From: Fimbriimonadales bacterium
GTDB lineage: Bacteria > Armatimonadota > Fimbriimonadia > Fimbriimonadales > JABRVX01
Length of the DNA stretch: 64,000 nt
NCBI GenBank assembly: GCA_045862955.1
Contig: BTVI01000001.1
Span: 64,001 to 128,000, forward strand
Direction of reading: 5' to 3'
Shown: positions 8,525-18,867 of the stretch, one piece after another
How the letters are laid out: every line of letters begins with the position of its first letter
Numbering within the stretch: position 1 is the first letter of the stretch
Position numbers and translations under genes: made by a program
The notes under the pieces: generated by a model
What the model was told of the DNA's origin: nothing
Seen by the model: the letters and a program-made list of their open reading frames with translations, nothing else
Databases searched by the model: none

Positions 8525-9106
8525 ATGGCCAATTGGAGAATTCTGATAGCAGACGATGACGAAGCCGTTCGTCAGGTATTGAGGGAACATCTGGAGAGCC
8601 TCGGCCACCTGGTCGTCGCCGAGTGTCTCAACGGCCTGGAGGTAGTGGAACAGGCCGCTCAAGTGTCGCCCGACCTCATGATCTTGGACATACGCATGCC
8701 CGAGATGGACGGTATCGAAGCGGCGAAGCGAGCCCAGCTCGTGAGTCCTTGCGCCGTGCTATTCCTCACGGGCTACGTCGAGGATGAGCTGATCCAGCAG
8801 GCGGGTGAAGTCGGGGCCGGTGGATACCTGGTGAAGCCCATTCGGGGCGAGGAGATCCGCCCGGCCATCGAAATCGCCGTGAAGCGCTTCCGTGAGCGCG
8901 TGGCCACGGAGAAGGAAGCCGAACACCTTCGGGAGGCGCTGGAGGCCCGCAAGCTGGTGGATCGTGCTAAGGCGTACCTCATGAACTCGAAGGGGATGAC
9001 CGAAGAGCAGGCGTTCAAGACCATCCACTTCGGTGCTCGCAACTCGAGCCGCACGATGAGGGAAGTTGCGATCGAAGTGCTCCAGCAGGCCGGAATTCCG
9101 ATCTAG
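8525..9106 (+). CDS. Response regulator with C-terminal ANTAR RNA-binding domain (PdtaR/AmiR-like)
   Basis: REC motifs ILIADDD, LDIRMPEMDG and YLVKP; ANTAR motif RKLVDRAKAYLM…EEQAF…MREVA. Confidence 0.9.
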   Translation: MANWRILIADDDEAVRQVLREHLESLGHLVVAECLNGLEVVEQAAQVSPDLMILDIRMPEMDGIEAAKRAQLVSPCAVLFLTGYVEDELIQQAGEVGAGGYLVKPIRGEEIRPAIEIAVKRFRERVATEKEAEHLREALEARKLVDRAKAYLMNSKGMTEEQAFKTIHFGARNSSRTMREVAIEVLQQAGIPI

Positions 9107-9161
9107 ATTCGGCGTAACCCCCTGAACTGACCGATAATCCTTCCGAGGAGCAGGGCAGTTC

Positions 9162-10874
9162 ATGGTTACACGGCGGCGCTTGGGTGAAATACTGGTCGCG
9201 GCGGGCCGCATTACCGAGCCACAACTCAAAGCTGCGCTCGAGGAGTCGCGCAATTCCGGCCGGCGCCTAGGCGAGGTGCTCGTTGCGTCTCGGCTGATCG
9301 GTTTCGACGATCTGGGGCGCGCCATCGCCGAGCAGTTCGAGGTTCCTTACGAACCGATGTCCGACATCGCGCCCACTCCCGAAGTGCTCGAGTTGGTCCC
9401 GGCATGCACCGCATCGAACTTCCAAGTGTTCCCCCTCAAGCTCGATGCGCATGCGTTCTCTGTTGCGATGTGCAACCCGGACGACCTCGAGGCTCAGGAC
9501 TGGCTCCAAGCCCGAACCGGCAAGCCTCTGGATGTTCGTTATGCTCTGCCTGAGCGAGTGGAGCGAGCGATCTCCTTCTACTACGGGGTCGCGGGCGGCT
9601 GCCGCGAGGCCGGTGCAGAGGCGGAGGCGGCGCCTGTCGAAGACGAGCCTGACGGGTTCTCGGTCGAGAGTATGCGAAGGGCCGGTCAAGAGGCACCGGT
9701 CATCCGGCTCGTGAACGACATCCTGGCGGAGTGCGTGCAGGCCGGAGCTAGCGACATACACTTCGAGCCCCGGCGTACCGGGCTGGAAGTGCGGATGAGG
9801 GTGGACGGAGTGATGCGGCGGATGCGCCAGCTCCCCAAGTCGCTCCGGCCCGCGGTAATCTCCCGGCTGAAGCTAATGGCCGATATTGACATCACGGAAC
9901 GCAGGAAGGCGCAGGACGGCCGCATCTCCATTCGACTGAACCAACATCGCATAGATATCCGCGTCAACACCTTGCCAACCCGATGGGGTGAGAGAACGGT
10001 GCTCCGACTGCTTGACCAGGAGGCCGGCCCCCGTCCCCTCTCCGAGCTGGGCATGACTCCCGAGATAGAACAAGCCTTCCGAGCCGCGCTCACTCATCCG
10101 CACGGTCTTATTCTGGTCACGGGCCCCACCGGAAGCGGCAAGACGACTACGCTCTACTCCGCCCTCCGCGAGCTGAACGACGAGAGGATCAACATTCTAA
10201 CTTGCGAAGACCCCATCGAGTACGAGCTGGAGGGTGTCGGGCAGTCGCAGGTCAACGAGAAGGTGGGCCTGACCTTCTCGGCCCAGCTTCGGGCGGCGTT
10301 GCGCCAGGACCCCGACGTAGTTCTGGTCGGAGAGATTCGCGACCTCGAGACAGCCGAAGTCGCAGCTCGAGCCGCCATGACGGGTCACCTGGTGCTCTCG
10401 ACGCTGCACACCAATGACGCGCCGAGTGCCATCCCGCGCCTCATTGACATGGAAGTGCCGCCGTACCTAATCAACTCGGCACTGATCGCCGCAACGGCCC
10501 AACGCTTGCTGCGCCGCCTGTGTACCGAATGCCGGGTGCAACGAGCCGTCTCAGCGGAAGAGGCCGCAGAGCTGGGCCTGCCTCCCGGAGCGACGATCTG
10601 GGAAGCCAAGGGCTGCACTAGCTGCATGAACTCGGGCTATCGAGGGCGCATTGGCGTGCACGAGGTACTGACCATGAACGACGAAATCCGTGCGCTGACG
10701 CTTCGGCGTGCCTCGGGCACGGATATCCGCAACGCCGCGGTGCGGTCCGGGATGGTGACCATGCAGGACGACATCCGGCGCAAACTGATGGCCGGCGAGA
10801 CTTCTGCCGCCGAAGCCAGCCGCTTCCTTCTGGCGCACACGGCGGAGAGTGAGACCGAGGAACTGGCAGCGTAA
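9162..10874 (+). CDS. GspE/PilB type II secretion/type IV pilus assembly ATPase
   Basis: MshEN-like N-terminus RLGEILV…RLGEVLV, ASDIHFEP, Walker A GPTGSGKTT, LRQDPDVVLVGEIRD, TGHLVLSTLHTN and a Zn-binding CxxC pair. Confidence 0.93.
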   Translation: MVTRRRLGEILVAAGRITEPQLKAALEESRNSGRRLGEVLVASRLIGFDDLGRAIAEQFEVPYEPMSDIAPTPEVLELVPACTASNFQVFPLKLDAHAFSVAMCNPDDLEAQDWLQARTGKPLDVRYALPERVERAISFYYGVAGGCREAGAEAEAAPVEDEPDGFSVESMRRAGQEAPVIRLVNDILAECVQAGASDIHFEPRRTGLEVRMRVDGVMRRMRQLPKSLRPAVISRLKLMADIDITERRKAQDGRISIRLNQHRIDIRVNTLPTRWGERTVLRLLDQEAGPRPLSELGMTPEIEQAFRAALTHPHGLILVTGPTGSGKTTTLYSALRELNDERINILTCEDPIEYELEGVGQSQVNEKVGLTFSAQLRAALRQDPDVVLVGEIRDLETAEVAARAAMTGHLVLSTLHTNDAPSAIPRLIDMEVPPYLINSALIAATAQRLLRRLCTECRVQRAVSAEEAAELGLPPGATIWEAKGCTSCMNSGYRGRIGVHEVLTMNDEIRALTLRRASGTDIRNAAVRSGMVTMQDDIRRKLMAGETSAAEASRFLLAHTAESETEELAA

Positions 10875-10973
10875 GACGTCAGCCTAGGGTCCCGGTTTTT
10901 CCGCAGCCCCCGGTTCTTGCGTTTCCCCCTTGGCGGTGGCTTGGCAGCGGGACTTGCTGTACAATTTGGAATC

Positions 10974-12230
10974 ATGATCGGTGCGGCGTTTCTCGTCTTC
11001 CTCGGGGTCTGCGCGCAAGTCAGCGTGCAGGACCAGGCGCTCCTCGACGAGCTCTCCTACAAGGCCTTCCGTTTCTTCTGGGAGCAGTCCAACCCCACGA
11101 CGGGGTTCACGAAGGACCGTGCCGCCAATCTGGCCGGGTCGGACTCTTACACGGTGTCCAGCATCGCCTCGACGGGCTTCGCGCTCGCCGCGAACGCGAT
11201 CGGCGTGGAACGCGGTTGGATCACCCGAAACCAGGGCCTCATGCGCACTCGCATCACACTACAGAACCTGAACAGTGTCGCGCCGCGAGTCAACGGATGG
11301 TTCTACCACTTCATCCACTGGCAGACAGGCGCCCGGATGTGGAGCAGCGAGGTGTCCTCGATCGACACGGCCATTCTCTTGGCCGGTGCGGTGATTGCCG
11401 AGCGGTACTTCAAGGATGCCAGCGTGACGAACGAGTTCAATGCGATGCTGGGCGCAGTGAATTGGCAGTGGATGTTGACGGACGGCGGCACGAAGCCCGG
11501 CTCCCTCACCTTCTGCCACGGCTGGACCCCCGAAGCCGGGTTCATCCCGTATCGCTGGGACAGCTATGCCGAGCACATGGTGCTGTACATTCTGGCCCTC
11601 GGGGCCTGGGAAGGGATGCCCAATGCCTCGTGGACGGCATTCTCGCGACCCGTGGTCACCTACTACGGCTACAAGTTGTTCGGGGGAGGACCGCTGTTTC
11701 TGCATCAGATGTCGCAGAGCTTCCTGGACTTCTCGCGCACTCGGGACGTACTGGGGCTGGATTATTGGACCAGCGGGAGAAACCACACGCTGGCGAATCG
11801 CCTGTACTGCATCAACAACCCGAAGGGATACGCTGGTTACGGGCCCAACTTCTGGGGGCTATCTGCGGGCGACACTCCAGACGGCTATAAAGCACTCGGC
11901 GCTCCGGGCTGGGGCGAGGACAACGGCACCGTCATCCCGACGTCGGCCATCGCCAGCATCATCTACACACCGGCCGAGAGCATGGCGGCCGCCGAGCACT
12001 TCCGCAACAACTACGCGAACGCGTACGGGCGCTACGGTTTCAGCAATGGCATCAATCCTTCGCGGTCGTGGGTGGGTCCGGATGTAATCGGAATCGATCT
12101 CGGCATGATGTTGCTGGCGTTGGAGAACTACCGCAGCGGTCTTCCCCACCGCCTCTTTCATTCGCATCCGGTGGTGGAGCGCGGGTTCAAGCGAGCGGGG
12201 TTCTGGCCCCGAAGTCAGGCGCTGGATTGA
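10974..12230 (+). CDS. Glucoamylase-family (PF10091; GH144-like beta-1,2-glucanase) protein, exported
   Basis: SIASTGF, GWFYHF, EVSSIDTA, GGPLFLHQ, WGLSA and IGIDLG motifs; N-terminal hydrophobic signal. Confidence 0.85.
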   Translation: MIGAAFLVFLGVCAQVSVQDQALLDELSYKAFRFFWEQSNPTTGFTKDRAANLAGSDSYTVSSIASTGFALAANAIGVERGWITRNQGLMRTRITLQNLNSVAPRVNGWFYHFIHWQTGARMWSSEVSSIDTAILLAGAVIAERYFKDASVTNEFNAMLGAVNWQWMLTDGGTKPGSLTFCHGWTPEAGFIPYRWDSYAEHMVLYILALGAWEGMPNASWTAFSRPVVTYYGYKLFGGGPLFLHQMSQSFLDFSRTRDVLGLDYWTSGRNHTLANRLYCINNPKGYAGYGPNFWGLSAGDTPDGYKALGAPGWGEDNGTVIPTSAIASIIYTPAESMAAAEHFRNNYANAYGRYGFSNGINPSRSWVGPDVIGIDLGMMLLALENYRSGLPHRLFHSHPVVERGFKRAGFWPRSQALD

Positions 12231-12339
12231 GGCCGGCAGGGGCCGCAGGGCCGTCTTTCGGGCTACTGCCATGGTGCGGAGCCTGTTCAGCGAGTAGACT
12301 AGCGGGCGTGATTCCTTTTCGCTCTCGCGGGCCTCTCGG

Positions 12340-14733
12340 GTGAACAGCTTGACCGATTCCGTCCGACTGCTCCCAAATCGCTATGGCCACTTCGATCCCG
12401 AGACCTCGGAGTTCGTCATCACGGACGTGTTGACGCCTCGTCCCTGGGTCAACGTGCTGGCCAACGAGCGCTACGGCGCGGTGGTGAGCCAGGTCGGAGG
12501 CGGCTTCTCTTGGTTCGAGAACTGCCAGCTGTTCCGGTTGTCGCGTTGGGACCAGGACCTCTCGACCGACGCGATGGGTCGCTTCGTGTATGTTCAAGAC
12601 GCAGATAGGCCGGAGGCCATTTTCTCCACGACTTGGCAGCCTACTAGGCGGTCTCAGCCGGGCGAGAGGGTGCGGCACGGGCTCGGCTACACCGTGTACG
12701 AGCGTGAGCTCGACGGCCTGGCCACCTCGCAGACGGTCTTCGTGCCGGTGGACGCGCCATGCGAGGTCTGGTTGATAGAAGTGCAGAACCGCCGGGCCAC
12801 TCCCCGACGCGTACGGCTGACAACCTATCTCGAGTGGCACCTGGGCGGGGTTGCCGACTGGCACCGGGAGTTCCACCGGCTGTTCGTCGAGACGCGCGCT
12901 CACGGGAATACCCTCCTTGCGCGCAAGCACCCCGGGCTGCATCCCTACTCGCGCGAAGTCGCGGATGGGTCGGTCGGCGCGGTGTTGGCCATCGCCGGCG
13001 CGGGCGACGTGGAGTGGATTACGGACAAGCGCGCATTCTTGGGCAGACAGGGCGACCTGGCACGACCCCAGGCCCTTCTCGACCCGTCGCCCCTCGTTCC
13101 GTGCGAACGAGGGACGGGCCGATGGGATGACCCTGTCGGCTGCGGGAGCGTCACGTTCGAGCTGTCTCCGGATGAGAGCAAGCGAGTGGTAGTCGTCCTC
13201 GGCGCGGGCCACTCGGACGAAGCCAATCAAGGGATGGTACAGCGCTTCGATGCGGATGCCGCCCAGGAAGCCCTCGGTGACGTGAAAGCGCACTGGCGCT
13301 CGCTGTGCGCCGACGCGTCGGTGATCAGTCCAGAGCCTGCGCTGGACGTGTTGTGCAACGCGTGGCTTCCCTATCAGGCCATCGCCGGCCGGATGCTGGC
13401 GCGGTGCGGCTACTACCAGCAGAGCGGGGCGTACGGTTATCGAGATCAGCTGCAGGACAGCCTCCTCCACCTGCTTACCGAGCCGTCACGTTGTCTCGAG
13501 CAGATCCGGCTCCATGCGGAGGCGATGTACGAGGACGGCGGAGTTAGGCACTGGTGGCATCCGGGGACCGACATTTACACCGAGAGCCGGCACAGCGACG
13601 CCGCACTGTGGCTTCCGTTCGCCGTTCTCGCGTATCTGGACGAGTCGGGCGACACCAGAGCACTAGAGCAAGAACTGGCGTACCTCTCGAGAGACACGCA
13701 GTTGCACGGCAGCACGGGGTCTCTGCTCGAGCACTGCATGCGAGCACTGGACCGCGCCCTGGACCGGCTATCGCCACGCGGGCTGCCTCTGATCGAATCG
13801 GGTGACTGGAATGACGGCCTGAGCCATGCCGGGATCGAAGGTCGCGGGGAGTCCGTGTGGCTCGGGATGTTCCTCTTCGCCATCCTCGAACGCTGGAAGG
13901 GCTGGCTGGAGCGGCTGCGCCTCGGCGAAGTGGCGAAGCGCTACGCAGGCTGCGCCGAGTCGCTGCGGCGTGCGGTGAACGAGTGGGGATGGGACGAGGA
14001 CCGGTATGTGGGGGGGTATCGTGACGACGGCAAGCCCTTCGGTGCGAGAGAGTGTGCCGAGGGAAGCCTGTATCTCAACCCGCAGACGTGGGCGGTGATC
14101 AGTGGTATCGCACCGCCAGAACGGGCACAACGCGCTTTGCGAACCGTTCGGGAGCAGTTGCTCGAGCCCTATGGCGCGCTCTTGCTCCGGCCCGCTTACA
14201 CGGCGCTCGACCCGTACATCGGCTACATCACCCGCTACGCGCCTGGGCTGCGGGAGAACGGCGGGGTGTATTGCCATGCCGCCACGTGGGCGGTTCAAGC
14301 CTTCGCGATGATGGGAGACACGGATACTGCTCTCGCGGTGTACCGCTCACAGTGTCCGCCCCTGCGGTCGGGCGAAGCCCCAGACCGGTATGCAGCCGAG
14401 CCTTACGTGATGCCCGGCAACGTGGACGGCCCGGACTCGCCACACGAGGGCCGCGCCGGATGGACTTGGTACACGGGCTCGGCCGCCTGGATGAAACGTG
14501 TGGCCTTCGACTGGCTATGCGGGGTGCGAGCAGAGCCCGAGGGACTCCGCGTGCGGCCATACCTTCCCTCGAGTTGGGACGGTCTTCAGATCCGACGCCC
14601 GTTCCGTGGTGACGTTTTCGAGATCGAAGTGCGTCGGCCGCCGCAATACGGGGGGCCGGCGGATGGTCCGATTGCCGATCTGCTGGTCCAGTCGAGCGGG
14701 AGCGGGAAGACGCATTCGATTAGTCTTCCGTAG
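12340..14733 (+). CDS. GH94 glycoside phosphorylase (cellobiose phosphorylase/NdvB-like)
   Basis: TPRPWVNVLAN, YQQSGAYGYRDQLQD, GDWNDG, GESVW, RENGGVYCH and WYTGSA motifs. Confidence 0.92.
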   Translation: MNSLTDSVRLLPNRYGHFDPETSEFVITDVLTPRPWVNVLANERYGAVVSQVGGGFSWFENCQLFRLSRWDQDLSTDAMGRFVYVQDADRPEAIFSTTWQPTRRSQPGERVRHGLGYTVYERELDGLATSQTVFVPVDAPCEVWLIEVQNRRATPRRVRLTTYLEWHLGGVADWHREFHRLFVETRAHGNTLLARKHPGLHPYSREVADGSVGAVLAIAGAGDVEWITDKRAFLGRQGDLARPQALLDPSPLVPCERGTGRWDDPVGCGSVTFELSPDESKRVVVVLGAGHSDEANQGMVQRFDADAAQEALGDVKAHWRSLCADASVISPEPALDVLCNAWLPYQAIAGRMLARCGYYQQSGAYGYRDQLQDSLLHLLTEPSRCLEQIRLHAEAMYEDGGVRHWWHPGTDIYTESRHSDAALWLPFAVLAYLDESGDTRALEQELAYLSRDTQLHGSTGSLLEHCMRALDRALDRLSPRGLPLIESGDWNDGLSHAGIEGRGESVWLGMFLFAILERWKGWLERLRLGEVAKRYAGCAESLRRAVNEWGWDEDRYVGGYRDDGKPFGARECAEGSLYLNPQTWAVISGIAPPERAQRALRTVREQLLEPYGALLLRPAYTALDPYIGYITRYAPGLRENGGVYCHAATWAVQAFAMMGDTDTALAVYRSQCPPLRSGEAPDRYAAEPYVMPGNVDGPDSPHEGRAGWTWYTGSAAWMKRVAFDWLCGVRAEPEGLRVRPYLPSSWDGLQIRRPFRGDVFEIEVRRPPQYGGPADGPIADLLVQSSGSGKTHSISLP

Positions 14734-14751
14734 CGCGCCGCGTTCGCTCTC

Positions 14752-14946
14752 TCAGTTGCCCTGGCCGGATGAAGAGGTACCTTGCGGGGCGGTGCCACCG
14801 CCCGGAATCGCGGGCTCGCCGATGCCTAGCTGCTCGGGTGTACTGCCGCCGTCTCGAAAGAAGAGGGCCCAAGCGACGACCGCCAAGACGATCACCACGA
14901 TACCGATAACGACGCCTGCCACGCGTCCTGAGACCTGCATGTTCAT
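14752..14946 (-). CDS. Small single-pass membrane protein, divergent from lacI
   Basis: 64 aa with one TM helix (VAGVVIGIVVIVLAVVAWALFF) and a GAGAGG RBS immediately upstream. Confidence 0.6.
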   Translation of the reverse strand: MNMQVSGRVAGVVIGIVVIVLAVVAWALFFRDGGSTPEQLGIGEPAIPGGGTAPQGTSSSGQGN

Positions 14947-14958
14947 CCTCTCACCGCC

Positions 14959-14978
14959 TTGCTGAAACGGTTATGCAG
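14959..14978. promoter_or_regulatory. Candidate LacI-family operator (degenerate copy)
   Basis: TTGCTGAAACGGTTATGCAG, 12 nt upstream of the small-gene start. Confidence 0.5.
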
Positions 14979-15081
14979 CCGATTCGCTGGTGCCCCCGCA
15001 CCCTCCTGCTGAAAAAGGTAATTTACGATACCCGATTTACCAGGTAAAAAGACCTGATTACGCCCCAGATGCTCTCTGAGT

Positions 15082-15132
15082 GTGCCAATCCGGGCGTAGT
15101 GTGTTACACTACTAGGTGAAAGGTTTCAGCAA
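15082..15132 (+). promoter_or_regulatory. lacI promoter with operator directly downstream
   Basis: GTGCCA-17 nt-(TGn)TACACT at 15082-15110, then TAGGTGAAAGGTTTCAGCAA at 15113-15132, just before the GTG start. Confidence 0.65.
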
Positions 15133-15134
15133 CG

Positions 15135-16163
15135 GTGTCGAAACGCAAGACCATCGAAGACGTGGCGCGCCTGGCCGGGGTGAGCAAGGTCACCGTAAGC
15201 TATGTGCTGAACGGGCGAGCGGCACAGGCGAGGATCAGTGACGACACGGAAGTCCGGGTGCTCGCTGCAGCGCGAGACCTGGGCTACCGCCCGAACGCGC
15301 TCGCCAAGATGCTTCTGAGGCAAAGGACGGACTCTTTGGCCGTGGCGTTTCAGTATGCGACCTTCTTCTCGGCCTGGTCGAGCTTTACGTCGGAAGTAAT
15401 GCGTGGCGTGTGCGACGCGTGCGTGCAGGCCGGCATGGATTTGCTGTTACACACTCGCGGAACCGAAGGCAGCAGTGCCGACGCCGACACGCTATCGGAC
15501 GGCCGAGTGGACGGAGCCCTGATTCTGCGTGATGCCGACGACCCTACCCTTCTCGAGCTGATCCGGCGCAAGTTCCCTTGCGTGCTGTTCTTCACGCGTT
15601 CCAGTGATGCCGAAGTGCCGTTCGTGGATGCCGACAACTACGCGGGTGGCCGCATGGCAACGCAGCACCTGCTGAAGCTCGGCCACCGGCGCATCGGCAT
15701 GATTCGAGGCTCAGCGAGTTCCATCAGTTCGAACGACCGTTTCAACGGGTATCGCGACGCGCTGGAGATGGCCAAGATGGAAGTCGACCCTTCCTTGGTC
15801 CTAACACTCGAAACGCCGAGCGCCGATCCGACGGCTTTCATGGACCTAATGATGAGAGAAGACCGCCCGACCGCGCTCTTCGTGTGGTCGGACGACGTGG
15901 CGTTCGCCCTGTTGCGACGGCTCTCGGAGCTCGGGCTCTCGGTGCCCGATGACGTGTCGATCGTTGGCTTCGACAGCACGGAGGCCTGCGAGCGCGTGTC
16001 CCCCCCGTTGACGAGCGTGCGACAGCCCATTGTCGAGATGGCACGCGAGGCGACGCTGCTGTTGGTGTCTCTAGTTCGCCAGGAACCGGTTTCCCGAACC
16101 CAGATCATCTACCCGCCGTCTCTAGACGTGCGGCAGTCCACCGCGCCACCGAAGGCGCGGTAG
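15135..16163 (+). CDS. LacI-family transcriptional regulator
   Basis: TIEDVARLAGVSKVTVSYVLNG HTH, LGYRPN and VPDDVSIVGFD…PPLTSVRQP. Confidence 0.96.
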   Translation: MSKRKTIEDVARLAGVSKVTVSYVLNGRAAQARISDDTEVRVLAAARDLGYRPNALAKMLLRQRTDSLAVAFQYATFFSAWSSFTSEVMRGVCDACVQAGMDLLLHTRGTEGSSADADTLSDGRVDGALILRDADDPTLLELIRRKFPCVLFFTRSSDAEVPFVDADNYAGGRMATQHLLKLGHRRIGMIRGSASSISSNDRFNGYRDALEMAKMEVDPSLVLTLETPSADPTAFMDLMMREDRPTALFVWSDDVAFALLRRLSELGLSVPDDVSIVGFDSTEACERVSPPLTSVRQPIVEMAREATLLLVSLVRQEPVSRTQIIYPPSLDVRQSTAPPKAR

Positions 16164-16182
16164 CTCAGTACGGAGGTTACAT

Positions 16183-16929
16183 ATGAGGCGAGTACGTCTT
16201 GCGTTTACCTTGATCGAGCTACTCGTAGTCATCGCAATCATTGCCATCCTAGCGGGAATCCTCTTCCCGGTCTTTGCGCGTGCGCGCACGTCGGCACAGA
16301 TCACTACCGCTCTCTCCAATATGAAGCAGATCGGGATCGGCGTGCACCTCTACACGGAGAACTATGACGGCGTGCTGTTCAAGATTCGCCACGAGAACGG
16401 GCGGAAGAGCTGGAAGCACGCCATCCAGCCGTACCTAAAGAACGCCGACGTGTTCCGAGACCCTATCAATCCTGCTGCCAAATTGCCGGACGAGCAGGCA
16501 GCGCAGACCAACCCGTTCAAGCCAACCTTCGTACGTGGGTACTTCTACTACCGACCGTTCTTCAAGACTGGTAACTGGCAAGACCTGGCCAATTACACCA
16601 TGCGATCGGTACACGAACCAGCTAGGGCACTGCTCATTGCCGAAAACAAGGACGTGTACCCTGACTACGGGCCGTGGATGCAGTACCTATACAACGGTCA
16701 GAACGGATGGAAGATCCCGAACTGGGGTGGTTTCAAATTCGAGGACAAGAGGATGGTAGTGATCTTCATGGACACTCACGCGAAGATCACTGGCCTTCGA
16801 GAAACCTGCCTTCCGGACGACGGCGAGAACATGTGGCAGTACACTCGTGGCAAGTACGTTTATCCGATAGACGGGAACGACACGAACATGCCCTGGCTCG
16901 ACACGTTCTGCTCGACGTTGCCTTTCTAG
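16183..16929 (+). CDS. Prepilin-type N-terminal cleavage/methylation protein (DUF1559-like)
   Basis: MRRVRLA-FTLIELLVVIAIIAILAGILFPVFARAR…SNMKQIG; C-terminal VVIFMDTHAK. Confidence 0.9.
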   Translation: MRRVRLAFTLIELLVVIAIIAILAGILFPVFARARTSAQITTALSNMKQIGIGVHLYTENYDGVLFKIRHENGRKSWKHAIQPYLKNADVFRDPINPAAKLPDEQAAQTNPFKPTFVRGYFYYRPFFKTGNWQDLANYTMRSVHEPARALLIAENKDVYPDYGPWMQYLYNGQNGWKIPNWGGFKFEDKRMVVIFMDTHAKITGLRETCLPDDGENMWQYTRGKYVYPIDGNDTNMPWLDTFCSTLPF

Positions 16930-16953
16930 CCGCCTGGGCAGGACACACCGGAC

Positions 16954-18306
16954 GTGTTCTCAGTCGCTTTGGGAGCAATCTTATGGGCAAGTGTCACCGG
17001 TGCTCGCGGTGACCTTGCCCTTCTCGATTCGCTCTCGCGCTCGGCCTTTCGCTACTTCTGGGAGCAGTCCAACCCTACCACCGGATTCACGAAAGACCGG
17101 GCACGCAATTCGGAGCAGGGAGATCTCTATGACATCGCGAGTGTGGCTGCCACCGGTTTCGCGCTCGCTGCGTACCCGATCGGCGTCGAGCGCACGTGGG
17201 TGAGTCGCGAGGCCGCCCTCGAGCGGACGCTGCGTACCCTGAAGGCCCTGCGAGATGTGGCGCCGAGGGAGCATGGCTGGTTCTACCATTGGTTTCACTG
17301 GCAGACCGGCGAGCGCATCTGGCAGTGCGAGGTATCCAGCATTGACAGTGCCATTCTCTTTGCTGGCATGATCGTGGCCGAGCGTTACTTCGCGGATGAG
17401 AATGTCACACGACTGGTTGGGGCGATCCTGGACGACGTGGACTGGATGTGGATGCTCACGGACGGCGGTGACCGACCGCAATCCCTTACCTTTAGTCACG
17501 GATGGACGCCGGAAATGGGCTTCCTTTCAGTTCGGTGGGGCTCGTACTGCGAGCACATGATTCTATATATCCTAGGCCTCGGCTCCGATGACAGGGTGCC
17601 CGCTGGCGTCTGGGAGGCATGGGTGCGACCCGTGGTTACCATCGAGGGGTACGACATGCTTGCCGGCGGGCCCCTGTTCATGCATCAGCTATCACACGTG
17701 TTCGTGGACTTCCGAGACCGACGCGATAGGCTCGGATACGACTACTGGGTGTCTAGCAGGAACGCGACTTTGGCCAATCGTCAATACTGCCACACGAATC
17801 CGAAGGGCTTCCACGGGTACGATGAAGACGTGTGGGGTCTCTCCGCGAGTGATCACCCCGAGGGCTACACGGCGCACGGGCTTCCCCCGTGGGGCGACGA
17901 CAACGGGACGATAGCACCTAGCAGCGCAGTCGCATCGGTGTTCCTGTGCCCGGAAGAGAGCATGGCAGCGGCACGAGCGATTGCCGAGCGGTATCCCTCC
18001 ATCCTCGGCAGGTATGGCTTCAGCATCGCGTTCAACCCGACTCGTGAGTGGGTATCGCCCGACGTGGTCGGCATTGACCTAGGTATGATGTTGTTAGGTA
18101 TCGAGAGCTACCGCACGGGGCTTCCACAACGGCTGTTCATGAGCCACCCCGTTGGGCAGCTGGGCATGCAACGGGCTGGGCTGAGGGTGACCACGGAGGG
18201 CCCGGCTTCGCTTCGCCGGCTGTGGCTTGCGCCCTCGGCGCCTGCTGGGAGAACATCGCCGGCCCTGCGCCGCCTCCAACCTCGCACCGCTTTCGGGGGC
18301 TGGTAG
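16954..18306 (+). CDS. Second glucoamylase-family (GH144-like) protein, exported
   Basis: Paralogue of 10974-12230 (FWEQSNPTTGFTKDRA, EVSSID, GGPLFMHQ, GIDLGMMLL). Confidence 0.85.
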   Translation: MFSVALGAILWASVTGARGDLALLDSLSRSAFRYFWEQSNPTTGFTKDRARNSEQGDLYDIASVAATGFALAAYPIGVERTWVSREAALERTLRTLKALRDVAPREHGWFYHWFHWQTGERIWQCEVSSIDSAILFAGMIVAERYFADENVTRLVGAILDDVDWMWMLTDGGDRPQSLTFSHGWTPEMGFLSVRWGSYCEHMILYILGLGSDDRVPAGVWEAWVRPVVTIEGYDMLAGGPLFMHQLSHVFVDFRDRRDRLGYDYWVSSRNATLANRQYCHTNPKGFHGYDEDVWGLSASDHPEGYTAHGLPPWGDDNGTIAPSSAVASVFLCPEESMAAARAIAERYPSILGRYGFSIAFNPTREWVSPDVVGIDLGMMLLGIESYRTGLPQRLFMSHPVGQLGMQRAGLRVTTEGPASLRRLWLAPSAPAGRTSPALRRLQPRTAFGGW

Positions 18307-18431
18307 GGTGCACTCCGATGTCATGACTCCCTCGTGCACTCGACAGGCACATTGCTACCAGGCTCGCCACGATTCCGACGCCGCCATGCTGAGTTTGTCG
18401 AGGATGGCCGACTACCCGGTTCGACCCGGCT

Positions 18432-18864
18432 CCGTCATGCCGAGCCTGTCAGGGGCATACCACCACCCGAATCGTTGCAGGTCCGACGCAGCCGTGCCGA
18501 GGTCATCGAAGCCCAGTTGCAGCCCAACCCGCTCCGACACCGTCATGCTGAGCCTGTCGGTGGCATGTCACCACCCGAATCGTTGCAGGCTCGATGCAGC
18601 CGTGCAGAGATCATCGAAGCCCAGTCGCAGCCCAGCCCGCTCCGACACCGCCATGCCGAGCCTGTCAGGGGCATACCACCACCCGAATCGTTGCAGGTCC
18701 GACGCAGCCGTGCCGAGATCATCGAAGCCCAGTCGCAGCCCAACCCGCTCCGACACCGTCATGCTGAGCCTGTCGAAGCATGCGGACACCTGCCGCACCC
18801 TATCTCCGTCGTGCCGATTGGTCGCGGCTAGGGATGTCATGCTTCGACAGGCTCAGCATGACGG
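18432..18864. repeat. REP/BIME-like array: three 108-bp tandem units plus a terminal perfect 26-bp inverted repeat
   Basis: Units start at 18432, 18540 and 18648 (CCGYCATGCYGAGCCTGTC…). CCGTCATGCTGAGCCTGTCGAAGCAT at 18756-18781 is inverted at 18839-18864. A further degenerate copy lies near 18381. Confidence 0.85.
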
Positions 18865-18867
18865 GTT

